A DNA stretch of 64,000 nt, from NCBI GenBank assembly GCA_004764695.1, contig SMSO01000031.1, forward strand, positions 9,654,761 to 9,718,760, read 5' to 3'. The DNA comes from Schizochytrium sp. TIO01. Lineage: Eukaryota > Protista > Bigyra: Labyrinthulomycetes. Below are positions 32,645-43,366 of the stretch, in pieces (positions within the stretch are counted from its first letter, which is position 1; each line of letters starts with the position of its first letter). The notes under the pieces were generated by a model that was not told the DNA's origin, did not search any database, and worked only from the letters and a program-made list of their open reading frames with translations. A program made the position numbers and the translations under genes.

Positions 32645-35600
32645 ATGTCAAATCGTCATTTACCTCCAGGGCAGAGCCGTGGTGAGGTCGAGGATGTAGG
32701 AAACCCATCTAGCTTGGAAGGAGGAATTGTTAACGAGGCTGATGCACAGACCTTACCTTCACTTGCCTCTTCGCCTTCTTCGCCTTCTTCGCCTTCTTCA
32801 CTTTCATCTCCAATTTCGTTGACGCGTCACTCATCATTGCCGTCATCATCTTCCTCAGAAGGGGATGGAAACATAACAGACGAAGAGCACGACTGCACAT
32901 TTGCTTGCCATCAAACGGAGGGACGTGCGATGCCACGAAATGAGGACCTTTCTGACGTGGATTATATCGATCTTGAGCAGCAACATATAGACGAACAGAT
33001 TGACAACTCAAGTAGTGAATTGAATGATTCGAAAACAGAGCTTTCTTCATGGGATCGCTTTGTGTTTGGGTCAGATATTGTGCGTGCAGGGTCCATTGCT
33101 TTGGCTGATGCTGAGTTAAAAGATCGGCCCCAAACCCAATTCAGACATTCAAAAGGTTGGAGTTGTGATGATGACGATGCATATGATGGAGACCGGGAGG
33201 AAGACTCAAAAATGAGCTCTGAGTCACGCAAAAGTGAGTTTGACGCCTCGAGTCTTGGGTGGCTAGCATGGATCTTCTTTGTCGTGTGCGGTGACAATCC
33301 TAATGAGAACCGCACCGGAAGGCATCAACGTTCCCAAAGTGAGCGAAACAAGAAGAAGAGGAAACAAAAGAGACGTCGTGATCAGCTACAGCAGTCATCT
33401 AGACGTAGCAAGGGTTCAAGGACGAGTAGCGGCCGGCGTCTGCTAAAAGCCTTTTCTTCAGGTAGTCTAACACAAAGTTCGGATGGAAGCATTAACTCAA
33501 AAAAGTCAGGACGACCTCGAGGAACTTCATCACCTTCGTTACCAGGTCCTCTAGCTCTTATTAGTATTCATCGCGACCTGAGACGGAAGCGCAAAGTGTC
33601 GCACTTCTCATTTTACACGCCATCTTTTAAGCGAGACTACTTTGGCATTATTGTGGTCCTCAGCCTAAACGCCGTGTTATATGGATTGGATTGGCATGAA
33701 GACACTGCATTTCTTCTTGACGATTCGCGGTTAACATTTCCTCTGCACAAAGACCACACGTGGGTGTGGGGTCTATTGTTTGCAATCATGGGTGTTGGTT
33801 TTATTGGTTGGCGCTGGAACGAACCCGAGACTATCCACGCTTTTTTGTTAACTATGTTAGGATCCATCTTCACTACTAATGTCATTGGCATGACTGCGGC
33901 CAGTGCTTGGGCATCTCCAAGTCCCGATTTTCTCGCTCGGTGCGCACCATTTTGTATGGAAAATATTACGTGGAGATACGTTGGTAATGATACAATTGTT
34001 CAATGCGGATTTCCAGATCCACGTGGAGATGGCTCTACGATATATCAATGTCCTAATGCTAGTCTAAGCCTTGAACAGGCTTGCGCACCTTACTTTCATG
34101 GCATCCCTCTTCGTCCTGAAGACGTATGTGCATCTCTTGATGGATCACTAGGTGAGCCGTACTCAGTCTCAAGAGGTCTTCGAGGGGCATACTCAGCGTC
34201 CGTTGGTTTTATCACCTGCGGCTGCGTGACAATTCTGCTAATTACCTTGGGCTCGCTGAAGCATCGTTCATTTGCTTTTCTGACGGCGGGCCTTTCTTTA
34301 TGTTTCCTTGTCGCATGTGCTGGGGTGGAGAATTCGTCTGGACAGCATGACACATTAGTAACCCTTTACTCGGCACTTCTTGGTATTTTTGTTACCCTTT
34401 CTATATATCCATTGTACTTTCATCCTGTGTGGGAGAACTCAGAGCCACGCCGACGTCCTCGGGCAATCATGCATCTTTTCTTAAACGGTGATCTATCTGA
34501 TTCTGACGACTCTACTGATAATGACAATTCATCCGGAGAGTTTGAACTTGAGGAAACTCTTTTCAAGCATAATGTGAAGAAGGATGAGAAGGAGGAAATC
34601 AAACAAAGTGTTCTGGAGCGAGAGGTTCATGATTCTGACGGCAATCTGGTCACAGAGCGGGAAGAGGTCACTGCACAACAACGTGTACGCTTGTACAACA
34701 GCGAAGCGCATCATATTGATGTCAATGAAAAAGGGGAAGCTGGGCAACCTGATTTGCAAAAGAGCAAATCATTACCGGACTGTGAAGTTATCAAAGAAGA
34801 TGAAACTCTAGATCGTGAAGAAGTTTTTGCAGGCGCAGGGAAATCAACGGTTCAACTTACGCAGCAGCAGGGGGCTGCTACTACAGTCGGTGAGCCTTGC
34901 TCTCAATCATCAAACAAGAACGTGCGTCACAAGCGGCAAATGTTGGAAAGGGCCGGTACAGATATTCGAAATATTCTCCTTTCCACCTTTTCTAAAAGTC
35001 GTCCTGTAGATGGACCTGTACATAGTAGCAGCAGCTCGATTCGTCGTAAGAAAATTCGCGCTCGAGCATTTTGGGACCCGAACTTTAAACAAAAAATGAA
35101 GGACGAGAAGGTATCAAACGTGTACGTGCTGCGAAAATTTTTGCTGCACGATGTAAAACTGATCAACAAGCTCATCCCAGGATACATTCTAGTTTGCGCG
35201 GTTGTAGTTGTGATGTTCTTTCTCTTCTTTTTCACTTTTACTACGAGCAATACCTATGTCATCTGGGCTTGCTTCACTATGGAGCTGTATCTTTTTCCTC
35301 TTTTTGAAACCTTTGCTTCGAGTGCCATTCTCTGGCACGCGGACGTCTTCCTCGGTACTTTCCCCAGAGCTGTTGGTGTAGCCTTTATTTCCGTCTTCTG
35401 GTTCCCTGCTAGTTTATTTATTCGCACTTTCTACGACAAAAATGACTCTGTCTTATGGGGTGTACTTCTTTGTGTATATATAGCAACAAAAATTATTTAT
35501 ACAATTGCTGTAATGGCAACAATTGTATATGTGCAGCGTCGTACTCAAACGTTGCTCGACTCGCCTCGCTTTCACGAGCTCCCGATTCGCCAACAGCATG

Positions 35601-36589
35601 TTCTTCGTAATTATGCATTGAATCTCGACACCAAGGCTCTGCTGAAAATTTTTCCTACCGTGATTGTTGCTGTTGTTTCACTCTATTTCTTGTGGATGTT
35701 TTATACGTACACATTTCTTTCAATTCGAAATCAACAGTTTCTTCAGTATGCAATCACAGGTGTTATTGTACCTCTGCTTGATATTTGCTTTCGTGTGTGG
35801 ATTACTGGATTCATGTCTATGACAATCTCTCGGCTTTTGGGAACGCTTGTGGATGAAGTTGAATCTTTCAATTTTGCTGTGCGCTTTGTGAAAATTGGAT
35901 TTTCTGCCGTACAAGCATTTGGTACTGCTTCTATCACGAGCTATGGCGCATTCATCGCGTCTTTGATATCTCAGACAGTGCTTGAAATTGTTATGATTGT
36001 GTTTTCTATGCTTCGCCGTCACCACCCACGTCGCCCACGAATTCGCAGGCGAATTGCTGACTACCTCGGTTTACCTGGCGACCGCATGTTCCCCGACAAG
36101 ACCAAGCTTGAGAGTGCTAATTTGTACATCAATCAAGACTTGGCGGAGAAACTGTGCATTCCTTTTGGAGCTCTCTTTGCCCAGTTACCTCTCTCGCTCA
36201 CAAGTATCTCAGATGCTTTTCCAACCGATCAGTTGACATGGTATGATGCTATCTTTCGTACACTTATCATGTGCTTTGTTTTTGAAATCCCCGGGGATAT
36301 CTTGCGCTCCTGGCTGGCGACTCGTCGTTTTGGTGTAGATACTTTGCATCTCAAGGTTAGGATTGGCCTTTACCAAATTGGATACATGAGTGTCATGGTG
36401 GCAAGTGCTTTTCTTTGCATTTTGGGTGCACATGCTCTCCTTGTACTTTGGGATCCCGAAGATATCAGCGGTGAAGATAGCGACGATGATGATGACGACG
36501 ACGACGATGATGATGATGACCGAAGGCGAATTCTTCGTCGCGTTGTCAAAGTCGGTGTTAAAATGGCCATTCGTCGCACACTTAAGTAA
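32645..36589 (+). CDS. Degenerate PAP2 (pseudophosphatase) domain fused to an unknown ~10-TM membrane domain, paralog 1
   Basis: SPSPDFLARCAPFCMENITW and VQCG closely match the PAP2 at 18422-20245, but the RP and PSGH motifs are lost. The C-terminal ~470 aa hold about 9-11 hydrophobic segments. Poly-Asp tail. First ATG is at 32645. Confidence 0.85.
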   Translation: MSNRHLPPGQSRGEVEDVGNPSSLEGGIVNEADAQTLPSLASSPSSPSSPSSLSSPISLTRHSSLPSSSSSEGDGNITDEEHDCTFACHQTEGRAMPRNEDLSDVDYIDLEQQHIDEQIDNSSSELNDSKTELSSWDRFVFGSDIVRAGSIALADAELKDRPQTQFRHSKGWSCDDDDAYDGDREEDSKMSSESRKSEFDASSLGWLAWIFFVVCGDNPNENRTGRHQRSQSERNKKKRKQKRRRDQLQQSSRRSKGSRTSSGRRLLKAFSSGSLTQSSDGSINSKKSGRPRGTSSPSLPGPLALISIHRDLRRKRKVSHFSFYTPSFKRDYFGIIVVLSLNAVLYGLDWHEDTAFLLDDSRLTFPLHKDHTWVWGLLFAIMGVGFIGWRWNEPETIHAFLLTMLGSIFTTNVIGMTAASAWASPSPDFLARCAPFCMENITWRYVGNDTIVQCGFPDPRGDGSTIYQCPNASLSLEQACAPYFHGIPLRPEDVCASLDGSLGEPYSVSRGLRGAYSASVGFITCGCVTILLITLGSLKHRSFAFLTAGLSLCFLVACAGVENSSGQHDTLVTLYSALLGIFVTLSIYPLYFHPVWENSEPRRRPRAIMHLFLNGDLSDSDDSTDNDNSSGEFELEETLFKHNVKKDEKEEIKQSVLEREVHDSDGNLVTEREEVTAQQRVRLYNSEAHHIDVNEKGEAGQPDLQKSKSLPDCEVIKEDETLDREEVFAGAGKSTVQLTQQQGAATTVGEPCSQSSNKNVRHKRQMLERAGTDIRNILLSTFSKSRPVDGPVHSSSSSIRRKKIRARAFWDPNFKQKMKDEKVSNVYVLRKFLLHDVKLINKLIPGYILVCAVVVVMFFLFFFTFTTSNTYVIWACFTMELYLFPLFETFASSAILWHADVFLGTFPRAVGVAFISVFWFPASLFIRTFYDKNDSVLWGVLLCVYIATKIIYTIAVMATIVYVQRRTQTLLDSPRFHELPIRQQHVLRNYALNLDTKALLKIFPTVIVAVVSLYFLWMFYTYTFLSIRNQQFLQYAITGVIVPLLDICFRVWITGFMSMTISRLLGTLVDEVESFNFAVRFVKIGFSAVQAFGTASITSYGAFIASLISQTVLEIVMIVFSMLRRHHPRRPRIRRRIADYLGLPGDRMFPDKTKLESANLYINQDLAEKLCIPFGALFAQLPLSLTSISDAFPTDQLTWYDAIFRTLIMCFVFEIPGDILRSWLATRRFGVDTLHLKVRIGLYQIGYMSVMVASAFLCILGAHALLVLWDPEDISGEDSDDDDDDDDDDDDDRRRILRRVVKVGVKMAIRRTLK

Positions 36590-39500
36590 GAAGAATTGCC
36601 ACGCAAGTAGTCAAGGGATTAACACGCCGGAATTATCAACACCCAGAATTATCGTTAGTGGGTGGTCACCTTCTTTGTAAAATATAAAGTTGAATTCTAG
36701 CAATTTTTTAATTTTCTTCTAACTATAATGTAGCCCACTTTTTTTCTAATTGTCGTTGTCGTTTCATTCCCCCACGACTACCAGTACCGAGGAAAATAAA
36801 AGGCAAACATAAGTCTTGCTGCTTCAGGTCGTGCTAGAGCAGAATAAATGCAACCAAATCATGAAAAATGCAAGTACCACAAAACAATGGTAAAGGATTG
36901 CCAGGTTGTGAAGAGCTTGGACTACAGGTCTAGACCCAAGAAAAAGGATTTAAGCATAGCAGGGCTCCTTTGGCGGGTGGTGAGTGAGAGCGAGAACGTA
37001 GCTTTCCACATAGTTTTTGATTAAAAACTAGGTTTATAGACAAATGCTCGGCACTGGCCCCTCAGGCTGCCTCGCAGTTGTCCCTAGAATTATTCTCGGA
37101 ATCTCGCTGCAGAGGTCCATGCCTGAAACAGAGGCCGCAAGTCAGCTCATGCGAAGACAGAGAAGCCACCTCCAGTACCTGCTACCGACATCTGGCAGGC
37201 TGCATTTTGAGGCTCCACCGAAGTCCGCCCACAGCACTACCCATACATTTTCGATCAAACTCGCCATAAATTATGAATTAAACGTCGAAAACTTCTTTGG
37301 AACAACGCATTTAGGTAGTGGAACCTACCTACCGCGACACAAAAGAGTAAACTTCGAGCAAGTATGCTGTCTTTTGGAGAAGCTAAATCCCAAGTTGACC
37401 TACCGTTCAAGAGCTTTTGCGCACGCACTTCCTTTCTGTGGCACTTCTTTGAGCTGATGGCGGTACCTCTCGCTCCAAATGGTTATAGACAATCACGATT
37501 CACGGCAAGCTTTTCATGACAGTCACAAGTTCAATCCGCAGCACTTGGCGTAACATCTCGTGTCACGCTACCATGATGGTAGAGACTGACCGCCTAGGCA
37601 AGCAACAACCTCAAACCTCGTCGGCGTCGTCGTTGTCGTCGTTGTCGTCGTCGTCATGCTTGGAAGGAGTGAGACGCCATCGGAGCTTGACAACGTTAGG
37701 GCATCCTCGTCCCATGACGAATACTCTCACAAGGTGGTCATACCTAAGTTCTTATAGAGGGTGGCTTTTCTAGGTTGGTAGGCACTTTTATAATCTTTAC
37801 AAGCTTTTTATAGCTCCATTTTTAATAATAAGAAGAAGAAGAAGAAGGAGAAGTTGGCATATCGTTTTTTGGTCAAAAAAGTCGGCCTGTAAAGGCGTAA
37901 TTGAAGAGGAGAAAGGATGAAAGAAGGATTGCATGGCACAGAAAATTATCGAAACACGCTGAGCAGTAGACAGACTGGCTGCGAGAGGATCGGTGAATGG
38001 TGCTGAGACGAGTTGCGGAAGAATGGAGAAAGCACTACTACTGATAAACAGGTACCTTTCTTACACTCGAGGTCAGGGACTCTTCGGGTGAACTTGAACT
38101 TTTACTCATAGACTGAGATTATTTAGTTTTCCAAGCTTTCTCTTCAGTGTGTATTTTTTCGAATTATATATATATATATTTTTAATGAATAGTGAAAAAC
38201 TAACTAATACTGTAACCAAAAGTCTTTCTTTCTGCAACAACTCTAAACTATGAAGGTACCAACTATTGCTATTATTTATTATTATATTTATTTGTTGTTT
38301 GTTCAAGTTTGTTTTTAACTTTTAAAAAGTACTTATTTAATTTGGATTTTCTAAAGAGAAGAAAAGGAAGTATTTCTTCAAGTTCCCCTCTACTTCTTCT
38401 ACCAGTGAACTCATTTTATGTGATCTTGTCTTCTGACAAAAAGGAGCGACTTGAACTTGGGAAACAAGAAAGAAGAAAGAAAAAGTGCCTGCACTCTCGG
38501 AGAAATAACTCAAACTTAATGCGAAGAAAATGAAGAGCTCTAAATTAAATGCAGGCTTGAGACTTTGAGTGGCGTGGAAGAACCAGCAAATTATGAAAAC
38601 GTAGATGATACTTCCGATAGAACTTGACACTCGAGGGTCATCTCGTTTATGCCGTCGAGAAGTCGGAATGAAGGGCAATGAATGGACGACAACGGTGTCC
38701 GGCACGGAAATTCTTTGATCGATTGATTGCGAAGCTCTTTGTTCCATTCACGGTGGCAAAAAGCGTTTCTTTAAGTTATAAAAACATAGTGCGCTAGTAT
38801 GTAGGCAAAGCCCCTCCTCAGGCGCACCCTCAGTTAGATTGTTGAGCTGGCCATGGGAAACAGGTCATCCAAGCTCTGCCGAAGGTGCTTGGACTGCGAA
38901 AGACTACTACTATGTATAAAGGTTATGGCTCGAGATCTAATCGAGAATAGCCGAGTAAGCTGTGTTTCATATCTCGTTTCTTCTTTCTTTATAAGTTTAT
39001 TATAACTGGTATGATTTTTAACATGAAATAATAACAATAGTAAAGGCCAACTTGAGTGAACAGTGAACAAAGGGTTTTCTTTCTAAGTTGCAACTATGAA
39101 CGACTGAACAACATCCAGTAGTTTTCATAGCCCTTACTACCTACATAGACCCTATTTCATGATAACAATGTAATTCATGTATTGAAAAAAAATGATTAGC
39201 GAAAGTCTGAAACTAACATTTCTAACCTCTTATTAGAAGTTCTGTTGAAACAAACAAGAGAGAGAGAGCTGTTTGGTACAAAGAAGAAAGCAAGTAGCAG
39301 GTACCAGCATTGTTAAGCCAAAGAAAAGGAGAGCAACCTACGACAACTTCAGGTGCTTTGGAGATAAAGGTCGAGGAAGAATTTGCAAAGACCTTCCCTT
39401 GGAGGTTTTGAGGAACTGCCTTGCGGCAACCAATGGCATTTTATGGCTAGGTTGATTGAGGAGTAGAAGTTGGGTTTTGGTAGCAAAATCAGTAACTCTC

Positions 39501-39637
39501 GGAAAAATAAGGAGACTAACGAAGCGCGGTATTAGAAGAGGACAATTAGCTAAAAACATAGAGTTAGTGATGATCATTGTAGTAATAGTGCATTTGATGT
39601 AATACCCGTTTGACAGTCGCGACGTGCGCCGTGGAGT

Positions 39638-42600
39638 ATGCCGGGCTCCGGCGATGGAGCTACGATAGAAGGCTCTGGCGTAGAAGAGGACTTTGAAAAT
39701 AAACTAGAAAGGACGTCGACCCCGCCAATAAGCTTTCTGGTTGACAAGTTTGCTGCTGTTAGGTCTAGAAGTGGTGACGATGATGGAGACTGTGTTGCGA
39801 AACTTGAAGTGGAAAAGCGCGAGGACGAGGAAAGTGCAACTGGGGTTTCACGCATATGCGACGCAAATAGCAGTTATCAAGATGATGAGGAGGAAGGATA
39901 TGCCAGTGATGGAGAAAGTGATAACGACGAAGGCTACGATGACTCAGATGTAGATACGTTTTTAGAAGACGAAGAACTCGAGAAGAAACATGGGTCGACT
40001 TCCAAGGATTCATGGAAAATGAGGGATGCACAAGATAGAGAGCAACAAGTAGAGCTTGAAATTGACATGTCCAAGGTGGAGCGCACATCATTGTTACAAG
40101 AAGTATTAGAGGAAGATCTGAAAGACAATGTTGGTAATGAGGCTTCAACACCACGCCGTCTCAAACGTATGCACGGCGCTCGAATGCGTGCTGAAGATCT
40201 CCAATCGCTCACATCACGAGAAGATGACTGTGAGGTTTGCAACTACGATGATTTGTCATTTGCTTCCAAAATATTCTATATTCTCTTTTCTTCTCGGGAT
40301 AAGCTCCATCGTAAACTGGAGAACGAGCGTAGGCGAGAGATACGGGCGCAAAGGACCTTCCAGCAAATGTGCCGTAACCGACGGGAGAAGAAGAGGCGCA
40401 CCTTGTACTGGGAGCGTGTACGCCCCGGGTACCGGCCCAAAATATCTTTATATGAGCTTCTTCGAGCAAGGTATCCGTTCTACTCGCCGTCATTTGCTAG
40501 GGATTATCAGGGAATTGTGCTGATGCTAATCATCGCTGCTATACTCTATGGTGTAGACTACTACAAAACTTCTACTTTTATTCTCGATGACCCATCGATT
40601 AATCACCCGCTTCATCGAGACATCACATGGTTCTCTTCAATCCTTGCAGTGGTGCCTTATATCCTTCTATACTTTAATTTTTTCCACGATCGGGAAACCA
40701 TGCATGCTGTAGCGCTAGCCACAGCTGGGTCTGTCACTACAATATTTATGGTAGGGCTTATGATGTCCGGTACTTGGGGCAGCCTTAGTCCAGACTTTCT
40801 CGCCCGCTGTGGGCCACAATGCCTTGAAAATGTGACATGGATGAGAACAAACAATTCTTATAAAGTTGCCCAATGCGGGTACAGTGACCCGCGCCTAAGC
40901 GACGATCATACAATCCTCATATGTCCTCTGCGGCATTTGTCTTTAGAAGAGGCTTGCGGAGGTTTAGCGAAAGGAATGCCCCTACATGCTAATGACTACT
41001 GTGTTGGTCCCGTAAACCACTACGCGGACTTTTATGCTCTTGCCAAAGGGTACCGAGGTGGAGTGTCAAACTCCCTCGCCATTATTGTGGCTGTGTGTTA
41101 TATATTTGCTGTCGTTATATTTCGGCGGAGGGGCTGGGTTTATGGTAGTCTGGCAATGGTCTATGCAGCATGTAGTGTCTGTGCAGTCTGGGGTTTGCTC
41201 TTAGCATACGGAAAGCATGACCAGGTGGCTTGTATTCTTTCTATGGTGATGGGTTTATTGTTTGCTATATCAATTTCAAATCTCTACTTCGATCCGCACA
41301 CAGGAATTGCTCGTCGCCGGCCTCCCTTCACATTGCATTTTGTTAATTGGTGGCGAGGCGATGAGGATTCTTCGGAGTCTGAATCAGAAATATTTGATTC
41401 CGCATCTGAGTTTGGAGATTCCGAATACTCCGAACATGATGGTGACACTGCAGACGACCAAAATAAAAACGACGACGACGACGACGAGGATGATGAGGAA
41501 GATGAAGAAGATGACGTCGAAAAGGCTTTCGAACGTACACTTTCGTCTCCAACCGAAGAAAGTCACATTAATTCAGTTCACTCTGCACCAGCAAGTTTAT
41601 TGCATGATGGAGAAGAGACTCCGGGAAGTCTTGATGGTTCTCTTGTCGAAACAAGGCGTAGTAAGTTCGCCTCTCGTTTACAGCCTGTTAAACCAATCAA
41701 AGGTAATGAGCTGGCTTTAGAGGCGGGCCTATTTGACCATGCCCCACGCACTCCACAAAACGAGAACCGATACTATTCAATGGTCCGTGAGCGAGAACTT
41801 GAACATCAGCGTAAGGAACGTTTGAAGCATGGATCTGAAATCATTCGACAACAGAAACAAAGAGTACGAGAGCGATCTATGGACACTGTTTCCTCGTTCA
41901 TTCCTTCTATCGCCACAAAGCCAAGGCAGTCTTCAAGTATTCCAACCACGCATCCCTCTTCGACAACAATGCGGCGTCGCCGCATTCAGCCTCGGGCCTA
42001 TTGGGACCCAGACTACAAAACCAAAATCCGAGCAGATGGGTTTTCGTATACTTATATGTTCCGCAGAATGCTCGGGAGGGAGTTGACAGCCTTACAGGAT
42101 GTGCGTCCAGCTCATATTATTGTACTTGGTGCGTTGGCAGTAATGTACTTTCTTTTCCTTCGTGTTTACGGCCGAACGACAAACTCTGTCATGTGGATCG
42201 CCTTAACCTTGGAGCTGTCCTTATACCCAATTTACGAAAGTTTTGCGATACATTCCATCATTTGGCGATCTGACATGTCTGTCAGTGGTTGGGCCACTTT
42301 GCTCGGTCTTGGAACAAGCTTGGCAGTATGGGTTGGTAGCACAATCAAAGCACATTCCGATGGTATTGAAGAAGAGTCCCCCCGCTACTGGGTGACATTC
42401 TTGTCCGCCTATATTGGAGCCAAGTCCACCTACATTGTCACCCACGTCCTTGTGTCGCTTTTACTGTGGTATCGCCTTGAGCACGATGGAAACATGTTTC
42501 GCATCTCACTACGTCCGGGGCTGGCAACATCTGTTCCATTTAAGTTTCTTCTTATGATCCCTGCTTTGGCATTCACCACCCTTGCACTGCTCATAGTTCT

Positions 42601-43366
42601 TTGCTTCTACACTTATCAATACTTAGAGCTGAAGAATCAATTCGTTCAGTACGCTGCTGTGATTATGGTTGCAATCGTCGATGCGACAACTCGAGTCTGG
42701 CTCACAGCATTGTTAACAAAAGGTATTGTTGCCGTGCTTAATGAAGCGGATGAAATTCAAGCATACCTTTTTGCAATTCGTACAGTGAAAATTGGATTTG
42801 CACTTGTACAGGGTTTCTCCATGGCACGTTTAAATAGCTTCGGTGCCTTTATTCTTGCCAACATTACCAATAACATGGTAGAAATTGGGATGCTCTTTCT
42901 GAGTGCATTCCGTCGCCACCATCCGCGAGCACCACACATCCGTGTCCACATTGCGAACGCACTAGGGTTGCCTGGTTGGCAGATGTTCCCACAAAAGACA
43001 CGTCTGGAAACTGCACTGCTAATTCGAACTCAAGAGGCTGCGGAACTGCTGGCTGTATCCTTTGGGCCAATCATTAGTCAAATTCCACTGTACCTTGACA
43101 ATGGAAGTCGTCTTGGAATTGAAGCTCTTCCATGGTGGCAAGTTGTCATTCGGACTGCTTTCATGGTCTGTGTCATTGAAATCCCTGTAGATCTCCTGAA
43201 AAATTGGATGTCGACACGCGTCTTTGGTCTAGACACGTTCCATGTGCGTCCGCAAGTTCTTGATACTTATGCAATTTGCTATATGGCTATCATGTCACTT
43301 CTTGGATTTCTCTCTGTGTTGGTTGGTCATGAGTTGTACATCCTCTGGGAGATCATATTTGACTGA
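39638..43366 (+). CDS. Degenerate PAP2 (pseudophosphatase) domain fused to an unknown ~10-TM membrane domain, paralog 2
   Basis: Collinear with paralog 1: FYSPSFARDY, LSPDFLARCGPQCLENVTW, RAYWDP, VKIGF, RRHHPRAPHIR...LGLPG..MFP.KT.LE, EIPVDLL. Confidence 0.85.
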   Translation: MPGSGDGATIEGSGVEEDFENKLERTSTPPISFLVDKFAAVRSRSGDDDGDCVAKLEVEKREDEESATGVSRICDANSSYQDDEEEGYASDGESDNDEGYDDSDVDTFLEDEELEKKHGSTSKDSWKMRDAQDREQQVELEIDMSKVERTSLLQEVLEEDLKDNVGNEASTPRRLKRMHGARMRAEDLQSLTSREDDCEVCNYDDLSFASKIFYILFSSRDKLHRKLENERRREIRAQRTFQQMCRNRREKKRRTLYWERVRPGYRPKISLYELLRARYPFYSPSFARDYQGIVLMLIIAAILYGVDYYKTSTFILDDPSINHPLHRDITWFSSILAVVPYILLYFNFFHDRETMHAVALATAGSVTTIFMVGLMMSGTWGSLSPDFLARCGPQCLENVTWMRTNNSYKVAQCGYSDPRLSDDHTILICPLRHLSLEEACGGLAKGMPLHANDYCVGPVNHYADFYALAKGYRGGVSNSLAIIVAVCYIFAVVIFRRRGWVYGSLAMVYAACSVCAVWGLLLAYGKHDQVACILSMVMGLLFAISISNLYFDPHTGIARRRPPFTLHFVNWWRGDEDSSESESEIFDSASEFGDSEYSEHDGDTADDQNKNDDDDDEDDEEDEEDDVEKAFERTLSSPTEESHINSVHSAPASLLHDGEETPGSLDGSLVETRRSKFASRLQPVKPIKGNELALEAGLFDHAPRTPQNENRYYSMVRERELEHQRKERLKHGSEIIRQQKQRVRERSMDTVSSFIPSIATKPRQSSSIPTTHPSSTTMRRRRIQPRAYWDPDYKTKIRADGFSYTYMFRRMLGRELTALQDVRPAHIIVLGALAVMYFLFLRVYGRTTNSVMWIALTLELSLYPIYESFAIHSIIWRSDMSVSGWATLLGLGTSLAVWVGSTIKAHSDGIEEESPRYWVTFLSAYIGAKSTYIVTHVLVSLLLWYRLEHDGNMFRISLRPGLATSVPFKFLLMIPALAFTTLALLIVLCFYTYQYLELKNQFVQYAAVIMVAIVDATTRVWLTALLTKGIVAVLNEADEIQAYLFAIRTVKIGFALVQGFSMARLNSFGAFILANITNNMVEIGMLFLSAFRRHHPRAPHIRVHIANALGLPGWQMFPQKTRLETALLIRTQEAAELLAVSFGPIISQIPLYLDNGSRLGIEALPWWQVVIRTAFMVCVIEIPVDLLKNWMSTRVFGLDTFHVRPQVLDTYAICYMAIMSLLGFLSVLVGHELYILWEIIFD

